Assembly: GCA_964252075.1 (NCBI GenBank)
Contig: CAXULY010000017.1
Coordinates: 1-18,717, forward strand
DNA length: 18,717 nt
Source: an uncultured Deinococcaceae bacterium
GTDB taxonomy: Bacteria; Deinococcota; Deinococci; Deinococcales; Deinococcaceae
Direction of reading: 5' to 3'
Shown: positions 1 to 7,901 of the stretch, piece after piece
How positions within the stretch are numbered: the stretch's first letter is position 1
How the letters are laid out: each line of letters opens with the position of its first letter
The notes under the pieces: generated by a model
The model's input: the letters and a program-made list of their open reading frames with translations, nothing else
The model's database searches: none
What the model was told of the DNA's origin: nothing
Position numbers and translations under genes: made by a program

Positions 1-21
1 CTCGCCCCGAAGGGCTCAAAG

Positions 22-50
22 AGAATAAACGGACCACGAGAAATTGTCAA
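22..50 (-). promoter_or_regulatory. Near-consensus sigma70 promoter firing leftwards out of the window
   Basis: Minus strand reads TTGACA (50-45), 17-nt spacer, TATTCT (27-22). It lies just past the ferritin-like gene terminator. Confidence 0.75.
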
Positions 51-90
51 GCACCCCTAATGGAAAGCGAAATTGCACGCAACCAAAGCC

Positions 91-123
91 AAAAAAACGC
101 CGGGAGCGGCGCATGCTCCCGGC
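91..123 (-). terminator. Rho-independent terminator of the ferritin-like gene
   Basis: Stem GCCGGGAGC (99-107) / GCTCCCGGC (115-123). A7 at 91-97 gives a U-tract on the minus strand, just after the stop at 141. Confidence 0.85.
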
Positions 124-140
124 ATTTGGCGGCTGAAGGG

Positions 141-1064
141 TTACTTGATGGTGCCGTTCAAACCGTTAGGGAAGAAACCGCCCTTATTGCCCGGGGAACC
201 CAAGGACACGATGGACAACACCTGAGTGGTCGAGCGGCTGTAAGCGATACTGTTTTCGTCTGCCAAAACAATGTTGGCTTTGCCGGTGGCGGTCCCATCA
301 TCCGTGATGCCCTTATCAGGCACTGTGCCAGCCTTTTGGCGCAGTGCAGCGATGGCCTCAACGGTCTGTGCGACATTCAATCCGGCCGCTGTCGGCTGAT
401 TCCGCTGCTGGTAAAGCAAGGTGCGGATCTCTCCAGAGTGGTAAGCCTCAACGGCCAAAATGCCAGCAGCGGCCTCGAGGTAGCCAGCATCGGTGATGAG
501 GGGTGCAGCACCCTTGTACGCCGTCACTCCCACGTCCTCAAAGATGAAAGCGCCGTGCAGGAAGAAGAGGGGGTTGGCGAAGGGATTGAAGCCACCCATC
601 AACGCACCGCCTGAAGCTGCATCACCAGCGTCAGCGAAGGCCTTACCAAGGTCAAGTACAGGACGGTCCACGGCACCGGTTTTCAGGGCCCCACGTAAGA
701 ACTTCACGTGGTTCAATTCGTCCTGAGCGATCTCCTGCGCGTAGGCCAGCACATCACCGGTAAGGCCAGGGATCGGCTGGCTGCCGTCGAAACCACTGGG
801 AAGCCTGATCTCAGCGCTACCACCGCCGAGAGCGCGAAAATCCGCCAGTCGCCCAACCGCTGCCGAGTAGAAGGCTGCTTCCAGGTACTCCAAATTCAGC
901 GCGAAGTTCAGGACGGCGGCGTCAATGTTGGGCTTAGTCGTCCCGCTCTGGCTCATGGCAGGGGTGCAGGCGCCGAGCACGACGCCGGCGCCGACGAGGC
1001 CCATGGTGCCGAGGATTTGGCGGCGGTTGGGGGCTTTCACGGCAGGGTTTTCCTTGTTGCTCAT
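141..1064 (-). CDS. Ferritin-like domain protein (PCC13-62 desiccation-related family); Tat signal plus lipobox
   Basis: Motifs LNFALNLEYLEAAFY, EIAQDELNH, FEDVGVTAYKGAA and ILAVEAYH. N-terminus has NRRQILG, a hydrophobic stretch and LGAC. SD GGGAGG lies 6 nt before the ATG. Confidence 0.88.
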   Translation of the reverse strand: MSNKENPAVKAPNRRQILGTMGLVGAGVVLGACTPAMSQSGTTKPNIDAAVLNFALNLEYLEAAFYSAAVGRLADFRALGGGSAEIRLPSGFDGSQPIPGLTGDVLAYAQEIAQDELNHVKFLRGALKTGAVDRPVLDLGKAFADAGDAASGGALMGGFNPFANPLFFLHGAFIFEDVGVTAYKGAAPLITDAGYLEAAAGILAVEAYHSGEIRTLLYQQRNQPTAAGLNVAQTVEAIAALRQKAGTVPDKGITDDGTATGKANIVLADENSIAYSRSTTQVLSIVSLGSPGNKGGFFPNGLNGTIK

Positions 1065-1136
1065 GTGTTTCCTCCCAGGCGAAGGCGGCCATCGGTCTGG
1101 AGGGTTCCGACCGAGTCAACCAAGCGCTTCATGGAG

Positions 1137-1165
1137 TCATACACGGGGGCCTCGGCTCTGGATGT
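1137..1165 (-). promoter_or_regulatory. Putative ECF-sigma promoter (ACATCC-N16-TGTATGA)
   Basis: Same bipartite motif and spacing as the element upstream of the sigma gene (2520-2548). Confidence 0.6.
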
Positions 1166-1223
1166 CCGCTGCGATTAAGTTAAGCGCAGCTCAACGTCAT
1201 GAGGAAACTCTGTCAGCACCATG

Positions 1224-1263
1224 AAGAGAACGAAGCGTGGCCTGCTGGTGCAAGCCACGCTCG
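1224..1263 (-). terminator. Probable terminator of the sigma/anti-sigma operon
   Basis: Minus-strand RNA AGCGUGGCUUGC-ACCA-GCAGGCCACGCU (one G-U pair) followed by UCGUUCUCUU, just after the anti-sigma stop. Confidence 0.6.
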
Positions 1264-1273
1264 GAAAACTATG

Positions 1274-1933
1274 TTAAAGCGCCGCAAGGCCAATGGGGGC
1301 ACTGGTGGGCTGAGTGCTGCCGCCTAGTGGCTCCACCGTGATGCCGAACTGTCCGCTCTGCACGGTGGCCTGCTGTGTCAGGAACGTCCGACCGTTGAAG
1401 ACACCGAGCGAGCGGATCACGCCACCTGCAATGGACCAAGCCTGATACACGCGGTCGCTGCCGGGAGGGGGCTGATCAAGTGCGACGAACACGCGGCCGT
1501 CGGGGAGGCGAACTGTTGTGCCGATGGAGCGCCCACCGGACGCGAGAAGGGGAGTGCGCACGGCGCCCGCCTGTCCGCTGTACGCCTGAAGCTGCTGTTG
1601 CACCTGCAGGCCCTGATACCAGGAGGTGTTGCCGACGCCCACGATGGCGAGGGCGACGCACGCGGCGGCGACGAGCGGCCAGAGCCAGATGTTGCGGCGG
1701 GGTGCGGGGGCGGGCCGCTGGGTGTTGAGTCGGGCGAGCAGAGCGCGTTCGGCGTCCGGCGAGACCGGCTCGGGTGGGAGCTCCATGACCAGGTCTGCGA
1801 GGGAGTCCTGCAGGGCGCGCAGTTCGGCCTCGGCATCCGGGTTCGCGGGCAGTTCGCGCTCTATGGCTTGCGTTTCCTGGGGGGAAAGCGTGCCGAGCGC
1901 GTACGCGATCAGGGTGTCGTGGTCAATGGCCAT
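1274..1933 (-). CDS. RskA-type membrane anti-sigma factor
   Basis: N-terminal anti-sigma domain (AYALGTLSPQE), one TM segment (IWLWPLVAAACVALAIVGVG) and a C-terminal RskA-like region (VYQAWSI...SLGVF...ITVEPLGGSTQPT). Overlaps the sigma stop by 11 nt. Confidence 0.85.
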   Translation of the reverse strand: MAIDHDTLIAYALGTLSPQETQAIERELPANPDAEAELRALQDSLADLVMELPPEPVSPDAERALLARLNTQRPAPAPRRNIWLWPLVAAACVALAIVGVGNTSWYQGLQVQQQLQAYSGQAGAVRTPLLASGGRSIGTTVRLPDGRVFVALDQPPPGSDRVYQAWSIAGGVIRSLGVFNGRTFLTQQATVQSGQFGITVEPLGGSTQPTSAPIGLAAL

Positions 1934-2450
1934 GCGGTTTCTCCGTGAAGTGGTGCTTGAGCCGGGTCAGGGCGGTGCGCAGTCGGGTTTTGATGGTGCC
2001 GAGTGGTCGGCCGGTGAGTTCGGCGAGTTCCTGGTGGGTGTAACCCTGGTAGAAGGCGAGTTCGATCAGCTGGCGCTCCTCGCTGTCGAGGGTATCCACG
2101 GCGCGCTGCATCACCATCCGCTCGACCAAGTCAGGGCTGCTGGTGGGGGCGTCCCACTCCTCGATGGGGAATTGCGGCTCGTCGCGGGCCCGAATGACGT
2201 TGAGCATGCGGCGGTGGGCGATGGTAACCAGCCACGTCTTGGCGCTGGCTTTGTCGGGGTCGAAGCGGTTGGCGGCGTTCCAGGCGCTCAGGAAGGCGTC
2301 CTGGACGCACTGGTCGGCTTCGTCGCGGTCGCGCAGCATCTTGCGGCCCAGGCCGAGTAAGTAGGGAGCGAAGCGGCGGTGCAGTTCGATGAGGGCGTCC
2401 TCGTCGCGTCTTGCCATGCGGGCGACGAGTTGTTCGTCGGTTTCCTCCAC
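1923..2450 (-). CDS. ECF RNA polymerase sigma factor (SigK-like)
   Basis: Region 2 (DEADQCVQDAFLSAW...AKTWLVTIAHRR) and region 4 (LAFYQGYTHQELAELTGRPLGTIKTR). GTG at 2450 follows AGGAGG. The ORF track's GTG at 2510 is an alternative start. Confidence 0.9.
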   Translation of the reverse strand: MEETDEQLVARMARRDEDALIELHRRFAPYLLGLGRKMLRDRDEADQCVQDAFLSAWNAANRFDPDKASAKTWLVTIAHRRMLNVIRARDEPQFPIEEWDAPTSSPDLVERMVMQRAVDTLDSEERQLIELAFYQGYTHQELAELTGRPLGTIKTRLRTALTRLKHHFTEKPHGH

Positions 2451-2519
2451 CAGTCCTCCTGGCTCCCATGTCCTCCTGGGAAGCGCCTCTGTGAACGTTC
2501 CGCCGGGCACTTCAAACGG

Positions 2520-2548
2520 TTATACCCGCCGGACGGATTTTGAGATGT
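2520..2548 (-). promoter_or_regulatory. Putative autoregulatory ECF promoter (ACATCT-N16-GGTATAA)
   Basis: Matches the motif at 1137-1165 and lies directly upstream of the sigma gene. Confidence 0.6.
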
Positions 2549-2594
2549 GACAGCTTGATGTGCGACTGAGGCGCTGGGCCGGGGTCGCTTCAAG

Positions 2595-4112
2595 CTACCG
2601 TAGCTGAACGGCGCTGGGGTCGGGGGTGTGCCTGCCCACGGGTTGCACGTCGCGCACCAGGAAGTCCGGCACGCGCGCGACCTGTCCGGCCTGCACGGTT
2701 TCCTGCCAGCGCTGCCCGGCGACGCGGACCTCTATGGGGCCGGGTGGGAGGTGCGCGAAGCCGAAGTACCCGTTCGCGTCGGTGGTGGTCCGGGCGATCA
2801 GCGTGGCGCCCTGGTACGCGTCGGCGCGCACGCCGCCCGGCACCGTGAGGCCGGTGACGCGGCCCTGCAGACCACTCACTGCTGGGGGAGCGTCCGGGAA
2901 GGGCGTGGGCTGCTCTAGGACCCCTCCGGGCGCGCCAAGCAGCGAGCGGAGGGCGGCGAGGCCCGCGACCGCATCCTGCTGTGCGCGGTAGGTGGCCACG
3001 GTGGGGTTGCGGTACGCGTAGCCCACCCAGCCCAGGCCCGCCTGCAGCGCGCGCTTCGCCTGGCTTGCGCTGGCCTCCGGGGCGTTCAGGTACAGGGCGG
3101 TGCCTGCGGCGAGCAGGCCACCCGCGCGGACCTGGGTGGACGCAAAGCGGTTCCAGTGGTCGTACCAGCTGGCCTGCTGGCCCTTGCCCTCGGTCTTGTA
3201 GTTCATGAGCACGTTCAGGTCCAGCAGACCCTCACGCATCCAGGCGGGCCAGTCCTGCAGCACCTCGGCGTACGTGCGGGTGGTCCTGAAGGCCCCGGGG
3301 TCGCTGGGGCCGTCCCCGTACACGATGGTCGCGGCGGCCACCCAGGTGGTCGGGCGGACGCCCTTCACCTCCAGGTAGATGCGGCGCACGAGGGCCGTGA
3401 CCTGATCGCGCTTCCAGGCGTTGAACTGCGGGTCATTCGGGGCGGGGCGCGCCGTGGTGTGCGTCTCGGCCCTGTACCGGGCGAGCGTGGCGGGATTGTA
3501 CCCCCAGCCGCCGCCGTCCGGGTAGCGGATGCGGTCCAGCTGCACGCCGTCCACGGGGTAGCTGCGCACGACGCTCGTCACGGCGCGCACCATATACTCT
3601 GCGGCGTCCGGGTTGGCGGGGTCGAGGAAGAGGTCGTCGCCGATGTTGCTGCTGCCGTCGGCTCGGTGGTTCAGCCAGTCCTGCGCGGCGCTGGACTTCA
3701 GGCCGTGCAGGCGCGTGACGTGCGCAGGGTCGGTGTTCGGCACGGCGTTGTTCCAGGCGCCCGTGACAGCCACCCACGCGATCACCTTGAGGCCCGCGGC
3801 GTGCGCCTTCTCGGTGAGGTCGGCGAGGGGGTCGAAGTTGGGCGCAAGGTCAGGGTCGCTCACGCGCGGGACGCTGGCGTGGCTGCACAGGCAGTCGGCG
3901 CGGCGGATGGCCTGGGCGAAGATCACGTTGACGTGCATGGCCTGCGCGTCCGCGACGAGTTGCGTGATCTGGCCGGGCGTCTTGAGGCCGGGGCCGAAGC
4001 CGTCGGCCCACAGGCCGCGCACGTTCGTGGAGGGGGTGGGTTGCACCGCGGCGCCGCCCGGCAGGGTGGCGGGCAGGAGGGCGGCGAGGGCGGTCAGGAG
4101 GGCGCGCTTCAC
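2595..4112 (-). CDS. Secreted GHL10/DUF187 (YddW-like) glycoside hydrolase with a C-terminal carboxypeptidase-regulatory-like beta domain
   Basis: Signal peptide. Motifs VRGLW, FDPLA...AHAAGLKVIAW, FLDPANP, YPVDGVQLDRIRYP and QDWPAW. C-terminal TTDANGYFGFAHLPPG. Confidence 0.8.
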   Translation of the reverse strand: MKRALLTALAALLPATLPGGAAVQPTPSTNVRGLWADGFGPGLKTPGQITQLVADAQAMHVNVIFAQAIRRADCLCSHASVPRVSDPDLAPNFDPLADLTEKAHAAGLKVIAWVAVTGAWNNAVPNTDPAHVTRLHGLKSSAAQDWLNHRADGSSNIGDDLFLDPANPDAAEYMVRAVTSVVRSYPVDGVQLDRIRYPDGGGWGYNPATLARYRAETHTTARPAPNDPQFNAWKRDQVTALVRRIYLEVKGVRPTTWVAAATIVYGDGPSDPGAFRTTRTYAEVLQDWPAWMREGLLDLNVLMNYKTEGKGQQASWYDHWNRFASTQVRAGGLLAAGTALYLNAPEASASQAKRALQAGLGWVGYAYRNPTVATYRAQQDAVAGLAALRSLLGAPGGVLEQPTPFPDAPPAVSGLQGRVTGLTVPGGVRADAYQGATLIARTTTDANGYFGFAHLPPGPIEVRVAGQRWQETVQAGQVARVPDFLVRDVQPVGRHTPDPSAVQLR

Positions 4113-4174
4113 GGGTTGAGCCGCAGCTTAACCCAGCTGAATGAAGGGTGGGCGGACCGTTCGGGGCGCGGCGA

Positions 4175-4225
4175 TACACTGCCCTCATGGAATCGCTGGC
4201 ACCCCTTTTCGTTTTCGGCTATACT
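4175..4225 (+). promoter_or_regulatory. Two candidate -10 hexamers upstream of thpR-recA
   Basis: TACACT at 4175-4180 and TATACT at 4220-4225. No clear -35 for either. Confidence 0.5.
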
Positions 4226-4237
4226 TTATCGGGGTGG

Positions 4238-4254
4238 TTACGCTGTTAGCAGAA
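4238..4254 (+). promoter_or_regulatory. RDRM (DdrO operator, radiation/desiccation response motif)
   Basis: 17-bp imperfect palindrome TTACGCTGTTAGCAGAA, fitting the Deinococcus RDRM pattern, placed in front of the recA operon where RDRMs are known to occur. Confidence 0.85.
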
Positions 4255-4355
4255 ACATTCGGGGGTGAGGCACACGCATGGAAACACGCGGCCATTCGCG
4301 GTTCGACCGCGTCGGCAGCGCGTCCTGCGCGCTACACCCCGCCGGGAGCCCGCCG

Positions 4356-4946
4356 ATGACGCAGCCCCCCAGCGGCAACCTGCGGCTCTTCTACGCCGTG
4401 CGCCTGCCCCCCGAACTGACCACCACGCTCACCCAGGCGCAGCGGGAGTTGCGCGGCAACTGGCGGCCCGTGAAGCCCGAGCAGATGCACATCACGCTCG
4501 CCTTCATGCCGCACGTGCCCGCCAGCGCCCTCAGCGCCCTGCGCGACCTCAACCGCAGTGTGGCGCGCGCGGTGTCCGCGTTCTCCGCACGTCTGGGCGG
4601 CACCGGGTACTTCCCGAACGCCGGAAGCCCCCGCGTGTGGTTCGCGAAGGTGGAAGCGCCCGAGCTGACCGCGCTGGCCGAGCACCTCCGCGCGGGCCTC
4701 ACCGACCTCGGCGTGGCCTTCGAGGAACTGCCGTTCAAGCCGCACATCACCCTCGCCCGCCGCAAGGGTCCCGCGCCGCGCCTCGGGCCCGCCAGTTTCG
4801 ACCTGACGTGGGAGGTGCGCGGCGTGACCCTCATCCAGAGCCGCCTCTACAAGACCGGACCGGTCTACGAACAACTCGCCCACCATTACCTGTGGCGTGA
4901 ACAGCCAGCAGAACCCGCGGAACCGCTCGCCCCAAGGAGGCAGTGA
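4356..4946 (+). CDS. thpR: RNA 2',3'-cyclic phosphodiesterase (2H family, LigT/ThpR)
   Basis: Two HxT motifs ([16 protein letters not shown]), RLFYAV near the N-terminus and SRL...GPVYE at the C-terminus. An in-frame ATG at 4278 is an alternative start. Confidence 0.9.
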   Translation: MTQPPSGNLRLFYAVRLPPELTTTLTQAQRELRGNWRPVKPEQMHITLAFMPHVPASALSALRDLNRSVARAVSAFSARLGGTGYFPNAGSPRVWFAKVEAPELTALAEHLRAGLTDLGVAFEELPFKPHITLARRKGPAPRLGPASFDLTWEVRGVTLIQSRLYKTGPVYEQLAHHYLWREQPAEPAEPLAPRRQ

Positions 4947-4947
4947 C

Positions 4948-6033
<1,086 letters not shown>

Positions 6034-6049
6034 CGCCCCAGCGCAGAAC

Positions 6050-6080
6050 AGACGCCCGGCCACCCGCCGGGCGTCTTTTT
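6050..6080 (+). terminator. Rho-independent terminator of recA
   Basis: AGACGCCCGGC / GCCGGGCGTCT 11-bp stem running into a T-tract. Confidence 0.85.
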
Positions 6081-6081
6081 C

Positions 6082-6112
6082 ATGCGCCCGCCGCGGTGCG
6101 CGGCGGGCGCAT
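6082..6112. repeat. Perfect 14-bp inverted repeat
   Basis: ATGCGCCCGCCGCG-GTG-CGCGGCGGGCGCAT. Confidence 0.85.
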
Positions 6113-6260
6113 CCGTACCCGTTCAGGACATTCGGACCCACCGCACCGGGTTCAGGCGTCCGCCATCCGCCTTAAGGCGCCCTGAGCCATCTCGCCGCTG
6201 CGCGTCTCACGTCCGTCTGCCAGCCTGAAGCGGTCGCCCCACGGGCGAGAAAGGGTAGTC

Positions 6261-7667
6261 ATGAACGGCAAGCACATCACGAAACTGGGCTTCGAGAAGC
6301 GCGCCATTGCGCTGGCCATCACGGCCGCCGCCCTGCGCGAGACCGCGGGCCTGGACCGCGCAAGCATCATCGCGGAGCTGGAGGGCGTGCGGGCGGACCC
6401 GAGTGCGCACCTGGAGCACCCCACCTACGCCGAACTGGCGCGCGAGGTGGCGGCGCAGCAGGACGCGCAGGCGGCGCGCGTGGGCGCGGCGCTGCACGCG
6501 GCGCCCCTCCCCTACCGGTTGTGGGGTGAGGACCTGATCGAGCCCGGCGCGCGCCAGCAGATGGACACCGCGATGCGCCTGCCCATCAGCGTGACCGGCG
6601 CCCTCATGCCGGACGCGCACGTGGGGTACGGCCTGCCCATCGGGGGTGTGCTCGCCACGGAAGGCGCCGTGATTCCCTACGGGGTGGGCGTGGACATCGG
6701 GTGCAGCATGCGCCTGAGCGTGCTGCCGCTCGCGCCGGACGCGCTGGATGTGCGCGAGGAGGTGCGCCTCCTGAACCGCCACACGCGCTTCGGGGCGGGC
6801 GTCGGGTGGGACAAACGCGACCGCCGGGACCACGAGGTGCTGGACGACCCCATGTGGGATGAGCTGCCGCTCCTGCGCCACCTGCATGACAAGGCCGTGA
6901 CGCAGCTGGGCACCAGTGGGTCTGGGAATCACTTCGTGGAGTTCGGGACGCTCACGCTGGCGCAGCCGGACCTGGGGGTGGACGCCGGGACGTACCTTGC
7001 GGTGCTGTCGCACAGTGGCTCGCGCGGCTTCGGGGCGCAGGTCGCGGGGCACTTCACGCGCCTCGCGGAGGCGCTGCACCCCAACCTGGACCCCGCCGCG
7101 AAGAAACTCGCGTGGCTGGACCTCGCGAGCGAGGAAGGGCAGACGTACTGGGCGGCCATGAGTCTCGCGGGCCGTTACGCCCTCGCGAACCACGAGCAGA
7201 TTCACGCGCGCCTCGCGGAAGCCCTGAAGGTGAAGCCGCTCGCGACGGTCGCGAACAGCCACAACCTCGCGTGGGAGCAGGACCTGCCCGACGGGCGCAC
7301 CGTGATCGTGCACCGCAAGGGCGCCACCCCTGCCGCGAGCGGACAGCTGGGCGTCATTCCCGGGAGCATGGCGGACCCCGGCTTCGTGGTGCGCGGGCGG
7401 GGCGAGGCGCAGAGCCTCGCGAGCGCCAGCCACGGCGCGGGCCGCCAGCTGGGCCGCAAAGCCGCCGAGCGCAGCCTCGCCAAGCGCGACGTGCAGGCGT
7501 ACCTGCAGGAACGCGGCGTGACGCTGGTGGGCGGCGGCATTGACGAGGCGCCGCAGGCGTATAAGCGCATCGAGGACGTGATGGCGGCTCAGACGGACCT
7601 CGTGGATGTCGTCGCGACCTTCACCCCGCGCGTGGTGCGCATGGATTCGGGGCACGAGGACATCTGA
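6261..7667 (+). CDS. rtcB: RtcB family RNA ligase
   Basis: PDAHVGYGLPIG, VDIGC, GSGNHFVE, SHSGSRG, SHN, HRKGA, PGSM, SHGAGR and DEAPQAYK motifs. Confidence 0.95.
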   Translation: MNGKHITKLGFEKRAIALAITAAALRETAGLDRASIIAELEGVRADPSAHLEHPTYAELAREVAAQQDAQAARVGAALHAAPLPYRLWGEDLIEPGARQQMDTAMRLPISVTGALMPDAHVGYGLPIGGVLATEGAVIPYGVGVDIGCSMRLSVLPLAPDALDVREEVRLLNRHTRFGAGVGWDKRDRRDHEVLDDPMWDELPLLRHLHDKAVTQLGTSGSGNHFVEFGTLTLAQPDLGVDAGTYLAVLSHSGSRGFGAQVAGHFTRLAEALHPNLDPAAKKLAWLDLASEEGQTYWAAMSLAGRYALANHEQIHARLAEALKVKPLATVANSHNLAWEQDLPDGRTVIVHRKGATPAASGQLGVIPGSMADPGFVVRGRGEAQSLASASHGAGRQLGRKAAERSLAKRDVQAYLQERGVTLVGGGIDEAPQAYKRIEDVMAAQTDLVDVVATFTPRVVRMDSGHEDI

Positions 7668-7675
7668 CGGCGGCC

Positions 7676-7756
7676 AGCGCGGTTGGGACAGACCTCCGAC
7701 CGCGCTGATGCGCTCCAAGCACGGGTGGGCCGGGCGCGCGTGGGGGCGCCCGGCCC
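7676..7756. repeat. Two GC-rich hairpins after rtcB
   Basis: AGCGCGGTTGG (7676-7686) / CCGACCGCGCT (7696-7706), with one G-U pair, and GGGCCGGGCGC (7727-7737) / GCGCCCGGCCC (7746-7756). No long U-tract follows. Confidence 0.7.
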
Positions 7757-7901
7757 TTCGCGCGCAGCGTGCCGCCCGACCACTCTCCTTGTCAGGGCGG
7801 TATTAGACTGGTTTCAGAGTGGTCATCACTCGAAGTGTGTCTCTTCAGGCGCGTGCCAGCAGGACGGTGGCCGCGCCCTTGACGAACCGAAAGGAGCCAG
7901 C

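Noticed and set aside
3156..4268. 370-aa plus-strand ORF
   Set aside because: Antisense to the glycoside hydrolase and runs through the recA promoter. No recognisable motifs.
6117..6133. Possible second RDRM before rtcB (ACCCGTTCAGGACATTC)
   Set aside because: Only the inner CGT...ACAT matches. The conserved TT/AA ends are missing.
7683..7901. 73-aa N-terminal extension of RNase Y in the ORF track
   Set aside because: The SD and TM anchor place the start at 7902. The upstream region holds hairpins and a promoter-like hexamer.
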